From: Eubacteriales bacterium
GTDB taxonomy: Bacteria; Bacillota; Clostridia; Oscillospirales; CAG-272
NCBI GenBank assembly: GCA_045530875.1
Contig: JAZSCY010000265.1
Location: 1-36,729, forward strand
Reading direction: 5' to 3'
Length of the DNA: 36,729 nucleotides
Below are positions 22,043-31,491 of the stretch, piece after piece. The position numbers and the translations under genes are program-made. The notes below the pieces were generated by a model, which was not told the origin of the DNA, searched no databases, and was given only the letters and a program-made list of their open reading frames with translations. The stretch's first letter is position 1, and each line of letters starts with the position of its first letter.

Positions 22043-22368
22043 GACCAGATCACCTCCAGTCCTGCCATTTTGGCCACATCAGCCACGACCTCCTCCGCCG
22101 TCCGGTTGTCCACCGGCCTTGGCTTTATCAGATCAGCAAACCGGGCAGAGACATACGCCCCGCCCGACTGCTTGGCTGTGTTTTCAGAAATGTTCTGCAG
22201 ACAGTCCGTCACATAACTCCGGTACAGATCCTCCCGCTGCTGCTCTTTCACAAGCACCGCCGCATACCGGAGCAGAGGTTTTATGCCTGCTTCACGGTAC
22301 CGGCAGAGACAGCCCCAGAGGATGTCCGAGCCACACTCTGAAGCTGCACAGTAAAAAGCTGTACGACC
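22039..22368 (-). CDS. Tail assembly chaperone -1 frame extension (gpT-like part of a G/GT pair)
   Basis: This frame is open from 22368 and overlaps the gpG-like ORF by 88 nt in the -1 frame. It has no ATG or RBS of its own (the ORF-track start at 22257 is a GTG). Confidence 0.5.
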   Translation of the reverse strand, partial: GRTAFYCAASECGSDILWGCLCRYREAGIKPLLRYAAVLVKEQQREDLYRSYVTDCLQNISENTAKQSGGAYVSARFADLIKPRPVDNRTAEEVVADVAKMAGLEVIWS

Positions 22369-22631
22369 TCAGGATCATTGAGCACACCGACCACCTTGAC
22401 GATCAGCATCAGGGGCTTGAAGCGGTATTTCTCAGGCTTCACACCATCCAGCACCGCCAGAATGGTCACGACCTCCTGCTGATGTTCCCGCAGCAGCTTC
22501 TTGGCCGCACCCTTAATGTCCTTGTTCGACAGCATGGTCAGCAGTTCCTTGGAGCAGATCGCACACACGGGATCAATCAGATCCGCCACGGCATTCATGG
22601 CCTGCTCGTTGGTCATTTCGGTAAGTTTCAT
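22281..22631 (-). CDS. Tail assembly chaperone (gpG-like, 116 aa)
   Basis: Lies between the major tail and tape measure genes. GGAGGAA RBS. Confidence 0.7.
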   Translation of the reverse strand: MKLTEMTNEQAMNAVADLIDPVCAICSKELLTMLSNKDIKGAAKKLLREHQQEVVTILAVLDGVKPEKYRFKPLMLIVKVVGVLNDPEVVQLFTVQLQSVARTSSGAVSAGTVKQA

Positions 22632-22634
22632 GGT

Positions 22635-23246
22635 TTATTCCTCCGTTTCCGATACAGCCGCAGCAGCCGCAGCAGCCGTACCTTCCTTCACATACACTTC
22701 AAAGGGGACCTTGTCCTGCTCAGCAAGAGACGGATGGCAGGAGTAGGAGAACGAATATTTCCCCTTGCCGTTGTCCTCCGTCTGCAGTTTGAACCCGCCG
22801 GAATTGATGGCGTTGATCATGTGGATCGCCACAAATCCGTCACCGGTGCCCATCGGCCCGACCCACCAGATGGAATTGAAGTCCTCGCTCTGCAGCTTGC
22901 CTCTCGGTGTGATCTTCTTCAGCCCTTCCCCGGCGTCGGAAATGTCAGCCACCGCAACCATATCCTTTACGCCGGATGCGTCCAGGGACACATAGGTACC
23001 GGACGCGGTCACATCCCACGTGTCAACATCCATCAGCTCCACCATCCCCTTGGGGCAGTTGTCGATGTCCTCGCCCATGTCCATCATGGCCGGGACAGCT
23101 GAGAACTGGTAGCCGCCGGTGGTTGCGCCGATAATCTTGCTGTTGTCGATGGTCGGATTTGTGGGATCAAACTCCCGCGTGAGAATCCCGGCCTTTTTCT
23201 GGATAAACGAAAATGTATTGGTCGGGATCTGCGCAAAATCGCTCAT
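22635..23246 (-). CDS. Major tail protein (203 aa)
   Basis: Called from position and size. GAGGAG RBS. Has an Ala-run/acidic C-terminus. Confidence 0.75.
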   Translation of the reverse strand: MSDFAQIPTNTFSFIQKKAGILTREFDPTNPTIDNSKIIGATTGGYQFSAVPAMMDMGEDIDNCPKGMVELMDVDTWDVTASGTYVSLDASGVKDMVAVADISDAGEGLKKITPRGKLQSEDFNSIWWVGPMGTGDGFVAIHMINAINSGGFKLQTEDNGKGKYSFSYSCHPSLAEQDKVPFEVYVKEGTAAAAAAAVSETEE

Positions 23247-23263
23247 GTGTATATCTCCTCTCG

Positions 23264-23641
23264 TCAGTCATTGGTGATGTACTCAACCGTCAGATTGATG
23301 TACACCCGTTTAATCATGTCGTCCGCCGGGTCTCCCATAGTCTGTGCAAAAGGCACACCCCGCCGGATCCAGATGCCGCCGCCGTCACAGGGCAGTATCA
23401 CACCGCTCCGACTGATACGCCGGCTGATTTCGTCCGCCTTGGCAAGGGCTTCCGCCCAGGAATAGGACCGGTACCACAGGGACAGCGTCATGGACAGCTC
23501 ATCCCCGAAGGAACCGATCGGCAGGCTGTAGGTGGTGTACGGAAACGCCGGTGCATCCGATCCGGTAGGCACAGCGGAAGCCTCAAAGGCTTCAAACCCA
23601 AATCCGGATACAAACCCGTAAATGCAGGCCTCTTTCGTCAT
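23264..23641 (-). CDS. Tail completion / head-tail joining protein (125 aa)
   Basis: ATG 23641 in an ATGA overlap. Sits within the connector gene block. Confidence 0.55.
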   Translation of the reverse strand: MTKEACIYGFVSGFGFEAFEASAVPTGSDAPAFPYTTYSLPIGSFGDELSMTLSLWYRSYSWAEALAKADEISRRISRSGVILPCDGGGIWIRRGVPFAQTMGDPADDMIKRVYINLTVEYITND

Positions 23642-23988
23642 GTCGGCAGCTCCCATTCCTCAGCACCCGCCGCAGAGACGTCCAGAGACGCCGTGGCAGG
23701 CGTTTTTTTGTCGGACGGGTCAGAGGTAACCCGGAACACCTTTCCGTCCCAGACCCGGCGGAAAACGTCGTGGAAGTCCAGCGAAACGCCCCGCCGCACA
23801 TAGATTTTGTACAGCCGGTGCGCTCCTTCCGCCTCCGCAACCCGGGCAATGGTGGAGGTGTCCAGCACAATGGCTGCCTCAAAGGTTTCCCCCTCCCGCC
23901 ACTGCACAACAGTCCCGCCCACCCCGTCCGGCACCCTGGTTTTCTCCAGATAGACGCAGGCTTCCATGTTATCCGTTAAAAGGCTCAT
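23638..23988 (-). CDS. Head closure / head-tail adaptor protein (116 aa)
   Basis: ATGA overlap. The pattern ...VQWREGETFEAAIV...YKIYVRR...FRV resembles the SPP1 gp16-like head closure family. Confidence 0.55.
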   Translation of the reverse strand: MSLLTDNMEACVYLEKTRVPDGVGGTVVQWREGETFEAAIVLDTSTIARVAEAEGAHRLYKIYVRRGVSLDFHDVFRRVWDGKVFRVTSDPSDKKTPATASLDVSAAGAEEWELPT

Positions 23989-24428
23989 ACTTTCCGGTAC
24001 CTCCGTTTCCCGGCCAGAATCCGGGCGGCCATTTCCCGCATTTCCATAGGCGCATCCGACGGCAGGGAGTAGGAGTACCCCTCAAAACTCTCCGACTGGT
24101 ACCCCGTCCACTTCCCGGCGGCGGCCAGCTCGTCCCATTTTGCTCGGTATTCCCCGATCTGGGACGCCAGAGCCACAAACCCCGGCGGCAGTGCCAGAAA
24201 CCAGATTTCGCCGTCAAACGTCTCGTCTGTCAGCTCCTCCTCCGGCCACCGGTGCACCCCATCATTGAATACGGACCCGGAAATGCAGTAATACTGTCCG
24301 AACTGCAACCCATCCGGCGGCAGGAGTGCCCCGCCGTCGATGGTAAACGAACCGCTGTGCACCGAGCGAACGAAATAATTCCGCAGCTCATGGCACAGCT
24401 CATCAATAATCGCAGTCACTCCCGCCAC
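23985..24428 (-). CDS. Head-tail connector protein (about 144-147 aa)
   Basis: Sits directly after the capsid gene. The start is uncertain: GTG 24428 abuts GGAGG, and GTG 24419 has better spacing. Confidence 0.55.
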   Translation of the reverse strand: MAGVTAIIDELCHELRNYFVRSVHSGSFTIDGGALLPPDGLQFGQYYCISGSVFNDGVHRWPEEELTDETFDGEIWFLALPPGFVALASQIGEYRAKWDELAAAGKWTGYQSESFEGYSYSLPSDAPMEMREMAARILAGKRRYRKV

Positions 24429-24438
24429 CTCCTATGGA

Positions 24439-25293
24439 TTACGCGCCCTTGATGGTTGCGGCAAGGTTTTCGTCCAGAGTAGCCACGCCGCAGAGCATAT
24501 CAATGGAGATGGTGTCACTCTTGGTGTTGATGTCGTAATCGTACACCACACGAAGACCGAAACCGTCGTAGTTCACGATAGCGGCCTTGGCGGCACCGTT
24601 GGGCAGAGCCAGGGAGCGGGTAACCAGCGCAAACGCATTGCGGTGGAATGCAACCGCTTCAATGGCAGTGTTGTCGGCGTTCTGGTCTGCATAGACTGCC
24701 ATGCCGAACTTACGGCCAAGAGATGCCTCCCGCAGTGCGGTACCTTCGTCCCCCACCTTTTCGGCAGATACAAACAGGTCAGTCTTCAGCATTTCCGCTT
24801 CGTAATCGGAGGAGGCCACAAAGAACCGGTCGGTCAGAGGTGCCTTGCCCTTGGTCATGAAAGTACGGGCTTCAACCATGTCGGCCTGTACATCACCGGT
24901 AGCGGATACGGAGTTGGGAAGAGCCGCCGCCAGTTCCAGAAGGTAGGAATCCACCTTGTCCTGTACCGCCTGCATAGCCGGAACCAGCAGTTCGCGGGAG
25001 AAATCGGCGATATCCAGCGTCATCTGACGGGAGGTCACAGCAAAGGAAACGTCGATGTGCTTGTTCAGAGTCACCTCAACGCCGGTTTCGTTGGCATCCT
25101 GCACATCGATTGCGGTAGTGTACTCCTTAGCTTCAAAGGAAGCCGGCTTGCGGATGGTGATGGTGTCGCCCACAGCACCGGCAAAGTCGGCAGAATAGTC
25201 GCGATGTACCAGACGGGCCATCACGGCGTTGTTGCGCAGCACCATCAGTGCCTCGCGTGCAATAATATCGGGAGTCAGAAAAGTGTTAGGCAT
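24439..25293 (-). CDS. Major capsid protein (284 aa)
   Basis: Called from its position after the scaffold gene. The N-terminus FLTPDIIAREALMVLRNNAVMARLVHRDY...GDTITIRKP is typical of a capsid family I recall as P22-coat-like (HK97 fold). Confidence 0.8.
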   Translation of the reverse strand: MPNTFLTPDIIAREALMVLRNNAVMARLVHRDYSADFAGAVGDTITIRKPASFEAKEYTTAIDVQDANETGVEVTLNKHIDVSFAVTSRQMTLDIADFSRELLVPAMQAVQDKVDSYLLELAAALPNSVSATGDVQADMVEARTFMTKGKAPLTDRFFVASSDYEAEMLKTDLFVSAEKVGDEGTALREASLGRKFGMAVYADQNADNTAIEAVAFHRNAFALVTRSLALPNGAAKAAIVNYDGFGLRVVYDYDINTKSDTISIDMLCGVATLDENLAATIKGA

Positions 25294-25310
25294 AATTCAA
25301 AATTCCTTTC

Positions 25311-25871
25311 TTATTTACCGGAACGAGCCTTGATATAGTCCGCCATGGACAGCTCGCCCAGGTTGGTTTCACCTGTGCCGCCACCCGCCGGCGGATTCGT
25401 CATACCCGCCCCGGCCTGGTTCTTTTCATCGATATACTCAGCCCAATACTCTTTGATCCAATCAACCACAGAATCGGCATTTTTTGCATTGCCGGATTCA
25501 TCAAGCTCGATTTTATCAAAATCCGTAAGACGGAGTATATCTCCGATGCGCTTTTCCCGCACACCTGCTTTCTTGAGCAGCGGAATGTATGCGCTTTCCT
25601 TGGCGGCCTTGGTATCCTTGGCAGTCTGAGCAGCCTTGTAGTCGTCAAATTCCTTCTTGACGGCATCGTGCTTCTCTTTCCACCCGTCCTTGTTCCGGTC
25701 GGCCAGATCCTTCTTCGCCTGGTCAAGCTCCGCCTGGACGCCGGGGAGCTTTTCCGCGTCGGCCTTGTATGCTTTCAGACCGTCTACGGTTTCGGTATGC
25801 ATCTCAATGATGGAGTCAACCTGTTCGTCGGTCAGACCCATAGCCTTGAGAGATTTACGTGTAAGTGCCAT
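25311..25871 (-). CDS. Scaffolding protein (186 aa)
   Basis: ATG 25871 (MALTRKSLKAMGLTDEQVDSIIEMH...). Charged and helical. Lies upstream of the capsid gene. Confidence 0.7.
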   Translation of the reverse strand: MALTRKSLKAMGLTDEQVDSIIEMHTETVDGLKAYKADAEKLPGVQAELDQAKKDLADRNKDGWKEKHDAVKKEFDDYKAAQTAKDTKAAKESAYIPLLKKAGVREKRIGDILRLTDFDKIELDESGNAKNADSVVDWIKEYWAEYIDEKNQAGAGMTNPPAGGGTGETNLGELSMADYIKARSGK

Positions 25872-25935
25872 AATAGCACCGCCTTTCTGCCCGTTTCCTC
25901 GGGCGATATATAAAAACCGCAATTCTCTGCGGGTT

Positions 25936-26295
25936 TTACCAAATCAAAAAGCCGGACGACTTTCCGCCCAGCTCATCCTTAACAATATTAGCGTATGTCC
26001 CCCGGTGATCCGTGGCCGCAGGCTTGAGATACGGCTGTGCCGCCATAAATCGGGTTCCGAGTTCCACGTTTGGACCATACTCCACATTTGTTCCAACGAT
26101 CACCGCCAATATTTCGAGTAATGGTATGTTTGTAATGGAGTCCCGCAGATTCCCGGTATCCACCGGGCAAAGGTCCTGCGCATACCCCTCCGCCTGCATC
26201 CCGATCCGCTCCAGCGAACGGGCATAAGCCGCCCGGATTTCCGCTTTCGCCAGATCCACGTTGTCCTCCCGGACTTCAAGCGTCATTTTAGGCAC
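25936..26295 (-). CDS. HK97 gp10-like protein (119 aa)
   Basis: ...AQDLCPVDTGNLRDSI...VGTNVEYGPNVELGT...QPYLKPA matches the HK97 gp10 family pattern. Confidence 0.6.
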   Translation of the reverse strand: MPKMTLEVREDNVDLAKAEIRAAYARSLERIGMQAEGYAQDLCPVDTGNLRDSITNIPLLEILAVIVGTNVEYGPNVELGTRFMAAQPYLKPAATDHRGTYANIVKDELGGKSSGFLIW

Positions 26296-27286
26296 GGCTT
26301 TTCACCCACCTTTCCCACTGGCGGTATGTCATCTCCGACACAACTACGTTTTTCCCGGTTTTCTGGTCACGTACCCGCATCATCCGCGGTTCTGCCTCAA
26401 TCCCGGGCTTTTCCACAGTCCGCATGGTGCACCGGCAGTTATAGTAGTCCCCCGGTTTGGCGTTCCGGTCGCCCGGATGCATGATCACCGAGCCAAGAAT
26501 CGTGTGAAACGGCTCATTCCACGGCACCACAGTCCCGTCAAGGTCGCGGTGGGAATCACGTGTCCGGCTGTCCTTCGTGGCAACCCAGCGTTTCCGGACA
26601 TCAATCCCCATCTCCGCCGCGTGGGCAAAGCAAGACTGCCGCCCGGCGTTCTGCGCCCCGGTCATGGCAGAGCGTGCATTGCGCACCGCAGAGGATTTGT
26701 TCATGCCGACAACGATTTCCAGCTCCTGGGCAATCTTAGGCACACTTTTCCCCTGCAGGATGGCCGAAGCCATCACATCCACAATCTTGTCCCGGTTCCA
26801 TCTCTGGTCAACCGGAATGTCGATGTTCACCGGATCGGGCAGCAGGTCGGGATTGTCCACGATCAGCCGCCGAACCGCCTCTGCATTGTAGATCGTAAAG
26901 GACAGACTTCCGTATGTGGTTTCAAGATCCCACGCCGAATAGTTGTGGTTTATGGCAAACACATCTAGCCGGGAATCATTGATAAACGCCGCCGCCAGAC
27001 GGTTGGTGTCGGTGATCTGCGCCGCCAGATTATCCCGCAGGTCCTCGTTGATCTGCCCCACAAGCATCTGTCCGGACAGCCAGTCCCGGTAGTCCTGCTC
27101 GGTGATCTCTCCCCGCTCAAGCCGCTTCCGCATGGCAGCGTCTTTGCGTTCCAGATCCCGGTAGTGCGCTGCCGCCTTTTCGCCTATTTCCGCCGCCGCC
27201 TTACCGTAGATCCGAGCGATCCGCGCCTCTACGTGGGCCAGAGCCTCCTCTGACAGCCGATCCGCCTCATCCATCGGGATCATCAT
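26288..27286 (-). CDS. Head morphogenesis protein (SPP1 gp7 / Mu F-like)
   Basis: The conserved C-terminal region has ...TKDSRTRDSHRDLDG...HPGDRNAKPGDYYNCRCTM. The ATGATG start follows GGAGGTGG. Confidence 0.8.
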   Translation of the reverse strand: MMIPMDEADRLSEEALAHVEARIARIYGKAAAEIGEKAAAHYRDLERKDAAMRKRLERGEITEQDYRDWLSGQMLVGQINEDLRDNLAAQITDTNRLAAAFINDSRLDVFAINHNYSAWDLETTYGSLSFTIYNAEAVRRLIVDNPDLLPDPVNIDIPVDQRWNRDKIVDVMASAILQGKSVPKIAQELEIVVGMNKSSAVRNARSAMTGAQNAGRQSCFAHAAEMGIDVRKRWVATKDSRTRDSHRDLDGTVVPWNEPFHTILGSVIMHPGDRNAKPGDYYNCRCTMRTVEKPGIEAEPRMMRVRDQKTGKNVVVSEMTYRQWERWVKSRA

Positions 27287-27374
27287 AACCACCTCCAACC
27301 CGCAGCACACACATCACAGCCACCCCGATGATCCCGCCGGCCATGGCCGCCAGCAGATGCGTTATGATTGCCAT
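27267..27374 (-). CDS. Unannotated 35-aa hydrophobic micro-ORF (MAIITHLLAAMAGGIIGVAVMCVLRVGGGYDDPDG)
   Basis: ATG 27374 lies 9 nt after a perfect AGGAGG. There is one TM-like segment. The stop overlaps the start of the head morphogenesis gene. It is below the ORF-track size cut-off. Confidence 0.4.
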   Translation of the reverse strand: MAIITHLLAAMAGGIIGVAVMCVLRVGGGYDDPDG

Positions 27375-27418
27375 ATCAAATTACCTCCTGTTCTCCGCAA
27401 TCGGGTTCTATTGGTGAT

Positions 27419-29245
27419 TTACTCAACATAATCCACAGCAAGAATATGTCTTGCCACGGTTTCGGCAATCCGCTGTTTTCCCGCGGCGTTAGGATGTGTG
27501 CCGTCATAGAGGAATGTTCCGCGGTTCCCCTCGTTGATGCCGTATCCGTCCACAAATTCCGCTCCCATGTAATCAGCGGCAGATTTCAGAGCTTTATTAC
27601 ATTCCAAAATCGTTTTCAATGGAACACTGTCGGCTCCGCGATTAAGCACGGCGAGAACCATAAACCGAATATTGGGATATTTTGCACTGATTGTTTTGAT
27701 ACCATACCGCAATGCACCGCAGATTGTAGCCGTATCATACAGATTGTCCGCATTGTCGATAGTGCCACCGAACGCAATATCATTTGTACCGTAGGCAATC
27801 GTTATATAGTCAACGGCAGACCAGTCCACGTTGTCGATGTTTGCAAAATTGGAAGTCAGTTCGGCGGCGGCGGCTTTTGCATCGGTATAATCCCCCGCCA
27901 CAATAGCGTCTGCAAGTTTCCAGAAATCCAGCGCATCATATGTTCCGGCATAATCGCCCGGTCTTGTCGCCATTGTAGTTCCGCCTGTTGCGATATTATG
28001 CCAAGTACCACCACACAGGGATTTCATGTAATCGGTGATTGTACCGATACCGCCAGTATCAGCGCCGAATGTCCAGATGCTATCTCCCATATTTACCCAT
28101 ACTGCATTATTGGTACAGGTATTCATGTTCCCGTCGGTGGTTTCCTGCCCGTTAAGGCTTGTAATAGCAATCGGCGATTCATAAAACACACCATTACCCA
28201 CGATGTTTTGCTTTAACACGTTGGTTAAATACAACGCCTGTCCCGCTGTAACGGTGTAAGTTTCGGATGCCCCTCCATAAGGCAACGGGGCTTCACCCTC
28301 GCATAACGTGACATTTGTTAAATCTGCGGGCAGAGAGGACGGAGCAAAACGAACTGCTTGATAATCTGCTTCCGCCGTAAATGTGACAGACTGTAAATCC
28401 GTTGTAGAATCTGTCGTAATCAGGACCGAATTGCTCGGGTTCTCTGCATCATAAACAAGATAAACATAAATCTTCACTGACTGTTGGAAACTCAGTGTAT
28501 AGGTTTTGCCTGCCACGATATTGGCTCTCAGATAAAAACGTGAGTTCGCAAAATGCGTTGATGCTGTGTAGTTTGGATTTGATTCAAAATGATAACCTTT
28601 GTCAATCGCTGTAACAATATGCAACGGTTCTGTAATTGTCGTATTCGGTGGATAATTGTTAATGGTGTAATCAATAAGGTTGTCCGAACCAACATTTACA
28701 ACACCGTCCGCATTCGCCACAAATAACACGCTGTCTTTCTGCGGGATGTAGTTATTCGTCCCCACCTGTTTCAGCGATTTTACAGCGGCGGCATAGATTT
28801 TTTCAGTAGTCACTGTTTCAGAACCACCACCCGCAGGAGCGTCCTTCTCAACCAGATTACCTTTCGCATCTGTACCGATATACTTATCGGGAGTCCATCC
28901 AGCTTTATTAGCTTTGTTCGTAATCGCTTTCGAAAGCTCACTTACCTCATCTTCATCAGCAGGAGTATACCCGAGCGCATTCTTGATGGATTCCGCTGTC
29001 ACCTCTGCTGACCCGCCTCCGGACACCTCCCGTTTAACCCACGTGTATGTACTCCCGGATACAGCCGTGCATACATATTCCGCCGTGATCGTCCCTCCGG
29101 ATACCACATACGCCTGCATCCCTTCACGTGCCTCCGTGGATGTGGTCGGCGCAGCGGCCAGAATCAGTGCATTCCGCAGATCGATGCTGACGACCTGCCC
29201 GGATTCCGTCTGCAGCGTGAGTGTTTTTTTAAATGCTGCCATCAT
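27419..29245 (-). CDS. Fibre-like protein with a C-terminal SGNH/GDSL hydrolase (esterase) domain (608 aa)
   Basis: The N-terminal fibre motif AYVVSGGTITAEYVCTAVSGSTYTWVKR is shared with the Gly-rich fibre. The C-terminal SGNH blocks are NMGDSIW, ATGGTT, AYGTNDIA and DGTHPN. TAATG overlap with the upstream gene. Confidence 0.8.
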   Translation of the reverse strand: MMAAFKKTLTLQTESGQVVSIDLRNALILAAAPTTSTEAREGMQAYVVSGGTITAEYVCTAVSGSTYTWVKREVSGGGSAEVTAESIKNALGYTPADEDEVSELSKAITNKANKAGWTPDKYIGTDAKGNLVEKDAPAGGGSETVTTEKIYAAAVKSLKQVGTNNYIPQKDSVLFVANADGVVNVGSDNLIDYTINNYPPNTTITEPLHIVTAIDKGYHFESNPNYTASTHFANSRFYLRANIVAGKTYTLSFQQSVKIYVYLVYDAENPSNSVLITTDSTTDLQSVTFTAEADYQAVRFAPSSLPADLTNVTLCEGEAPLPYGGASETYTVTAGQALYLTNVLKQNIVGNGVFYESPIAITSLNGQETTDGNMNTCTNNAVWVNMGDSIWTFGADTGGIGTITDYMKSLCGGTWHNIATGGTTMATRPGDYAGTYDALDFWKLADAIVAGDYTDAKAAAAELTSNFANIDNVDWSAVDYITIAYGTNDIAFGGTIDNADNLYDTATICGALRYGIKTISAKYPNIRFMVLAVLNRGADSVPLKTILECNKALKSAADYMGAEFVDGYGINEGNRGTFLYDGTHPNAAGKQRIAETVARHILAVDYVE

Positions 29246-30078
29246 TAACCTCCAAACTTGATTGTAATATCATCACCTGATTCGGCAACTGTTGTTTTTG
29301 ACACAACCGCCGTTGATATCGCGGTTGTAAATTTGTTCAAATGAATGTCGTCCCCTTCCGCAATCACCGTGTATTCTCTCAGGACAGAGCCAAACCGCGC
29401 GATAAACTCAAACGTGATACTGTCGTCACCGGAGCCAAAATTGAAATACTGTCCGGACGGGTCAAAATGATATTCCACAATTTTGTCTCCGGATGTCATA
29501 GAGTGTCGGATGACTGTGTTTGGTATTCCCCCCGCAAGCACTTTTTCCTTGACATCCAGAAGGCTTCCTTTTTCTACATAAAACGTGCTCGGTTTGATTG
29601 TATTCAGCAGCACATCCCCCCGGTTGAATCCGATTATTACATCTGGATCCACTCCGCCCCCGCCCTGCTCAAATTTCTTCTCCAAATCGTCCTGGCGGGC
29701 TTCCAGCCGTTCTGCATCCGTGGCAGGCATCGCCGGCAGCACATCACCATCCACCGCACCGCAGGGAACCACCGTCAGATGATCCGGCACCGTGGTGATC
29801 CGCTGTACAAGCCCCCCGTCCGCATACGCCGACCCGACCAGATGGACCGACCAAATACCGGCGGACAGGTTCAGGTGATCCTCCTGCCGGATGTATCCGT
29901 CCGTCAGCGGAATCGCATGGGCTTCCTCGCCCTGTTCAAACACCGCCTTGATGACGGACAGCCCGTCCCAGTCCCGCTGCCGGAATATAAACTGCGCCTC
30001 CAGATAGTCCACCGTGGATGCCGCCACCGTGGGAGCCGACAGCCGGAGAGACTGCCCGTGTACATATCCTGTTATCAT
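29245..30078 (-). CDS. Structural protein of unknown family, possibly a fibre-anchoring (BppU-N-like) protein (277 aa)
   Basis: ATGA overlap with the portal stop. The BppU-like call is a weak pattern impression only. Confidence 0.5.
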   Translation of the reverse strand: MITGYVHGQSLRLSAPTVAASTVDYLEAQFIFRQRDWDGLSVIKAVFEQGEEAHAIPLTDGYIRQEDHLNLSAGIWSVHLVGSAYADGGLVQRITTVPDHLTVVPCGAVDGDVLPAMPATDAERLEARQDDLEKKFEQGGGGVDPDVIIGFNRGDVLLNTIKPSTFYVEKGSLLDVKEKVLAGGIPNTVIRHSMTSGDKIVEYHFDPSGQYFNFGSGDDSITFEFIARFGSVLREYTVIAEGDDIHLNKFTTAISTAVVSKTTVAESGDDITIKFGG

Positions 30079-31478
30079 ACTTCACCCTCCCCAGAGCCGC
30101 CAGAACCGCCCTCAGAGCCGTCTTCTTCCCCGGCGGTGTTTGTACCCGCACCGGATACCCAACGAGCCATCTCGCCTGCATTCCTGCGCTCCAGATACGC
30201 CTCTTTGTCGTCCTGCGTCACAAAAGGCAGCTTGTCCAGAATCAGTTCGTCGTCCAGATGGGCCGCCGCCGTCATCACCATCTGCGTCTCCTCAAGCTGA
30301 TTTACGATCTTCGACCGGCTGTAGGACGGTTCATCATCCACCCCGGCCAGCGCCAGAAGCCCCTTGATGCACCGGGTCACTTCCTTTTCAAATTCGTCGC
30401 AAAGCCCTGTCAGCGGTTCGTAGGCCGCCGTGATCTGCGTCGCCGTCACCTGTCCGGCCTGCATCTGCCGCACATCCAGCGCCATGGCGTCCCGGTACAG
30501 ACCGGTTTCCAGCCGGGCAAGAGCCGCCTCTCTGGCCTCATGCTTCGGCTCCACCGCATGGGACTCCAGTTTTACATCTTCGTCAATGGTGGTGGCGTGC
30601 AGCGTCTTCATCCGCTCCACAAACCGCACAAGATCATCGTCACCCATCCCGCCGGCATTGGTCAGTGTCCAGTACAGGATCGACGCCTCGTCCACATCGT
30701 TTGCAAAGCCGGATTCGATAAAATCATAACAGTCCAGCTTCTCCCGCAGTCCCACAAGACGGCTCTGCCCGTACCGGTTCGCCCGGAGCGGGGCCACCGG
30801 AAAACCGGGGTAATTCTCCCCGTCCACGATCTCCAACCCGTCCGCCTCAGAGCTGCGGAAGTTGATCTTATACGCCCGTTTCGGCACGAAAATTTCCGTC
30901 TTCTTGTCCTTCCGGCGTATGTACTCGGTAAACCCGTCCAGCTCCATCAGCGTGTACCGCAAAGGTTTCTCCGCATCGATCTGCCACCAGCGCACCCCCG
31001 CCATGATCGCCCCGGTGCTCTCCGACAGCAGGGGAACAAAGGCCAGCGGCGTGAATGTCTGAACGTGATCCCGGTCATAAAATAGATACGCCTCACCACA
31101 CACCAGCGCATCATGCGCCGCGTCCAGAATGTCCCCGTCAAAGTTCGCTCCCAGCCGTGCCTTGGTGCCCTCCTCCCGGAACGTGACCCCGTTGCCCAGC
31201 AGGTGGGTGGATTCCTGGATGATGAAATAGGGGAAAAGCCCGTTCTTCGTCTTCCAGTTGGCCGAAATAAAGTCCGGTACTTTCTGCCCGGACACCGTCC
31301 ACAGGAATTTCTGGTATTTCTCAATGGTCGGATTCCGGTGCCTGTCATACAGCACAGCATCCGCCGCCGTCCGGTACAGATCAGACCCGGCGTGTTCCCG
31401 AACCGCCGCCTCGATCAGCTCGATCACTGCCGCCTCACCGGAAGCCCGTGCCGAAAGCAGATCCTCATAGGTTATCAT
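30075..31478 (-). CDS. Portal protein (467 aa)
   Basis: Lies immediately downstream of the terminase large subunit, with portal-like size. ATG 31478 follows GAGGAGGG. Gly/Ser/Glu-rich C-terminal tail. Confidence 0.8.
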   Translation of the reverse strand: MITYEDLLSARASGEAAVIELIEAAVREHAGSDLYRTAADAVLYDRHRNPTIEKYQKFLWTVSGQKVPDFISANWKTKNGLFPYFIIQESTHLLGNGVTFREEGTKARLGANFDGDILDAAHDALVCGEAYLFYDRDHVQTFTPLAFVPLLSESTGAIMAGVRWWQIDAEKPLRYTLMELDGFTEYIRRKDKKTEIFVPKRAYKINFRSSEADGLEIVDGENYPGFPVAPLRANRYGQSRLVGLREKLDCYDFIESGFANDVDEASILYWTLTNAGGMGDDDLVRFVERMKTLHATTIDEDVKLESHAVEPKHEAREAALARLETGLYRDAMALDVRQMQAGQVTATQITAAYEPLTGLCDEFEKEVTRCIKGLLALAGVDDEPSYSRSKIVNQLEETQMVMTAAAHLDDELILDKLPFVTQDDKEAYLERRNAGEMARWVSGAGTNTAGEEDGSEGGSGGSGEGEV

Positions 31479-31491
31479 GTTGCCGCCCTCC

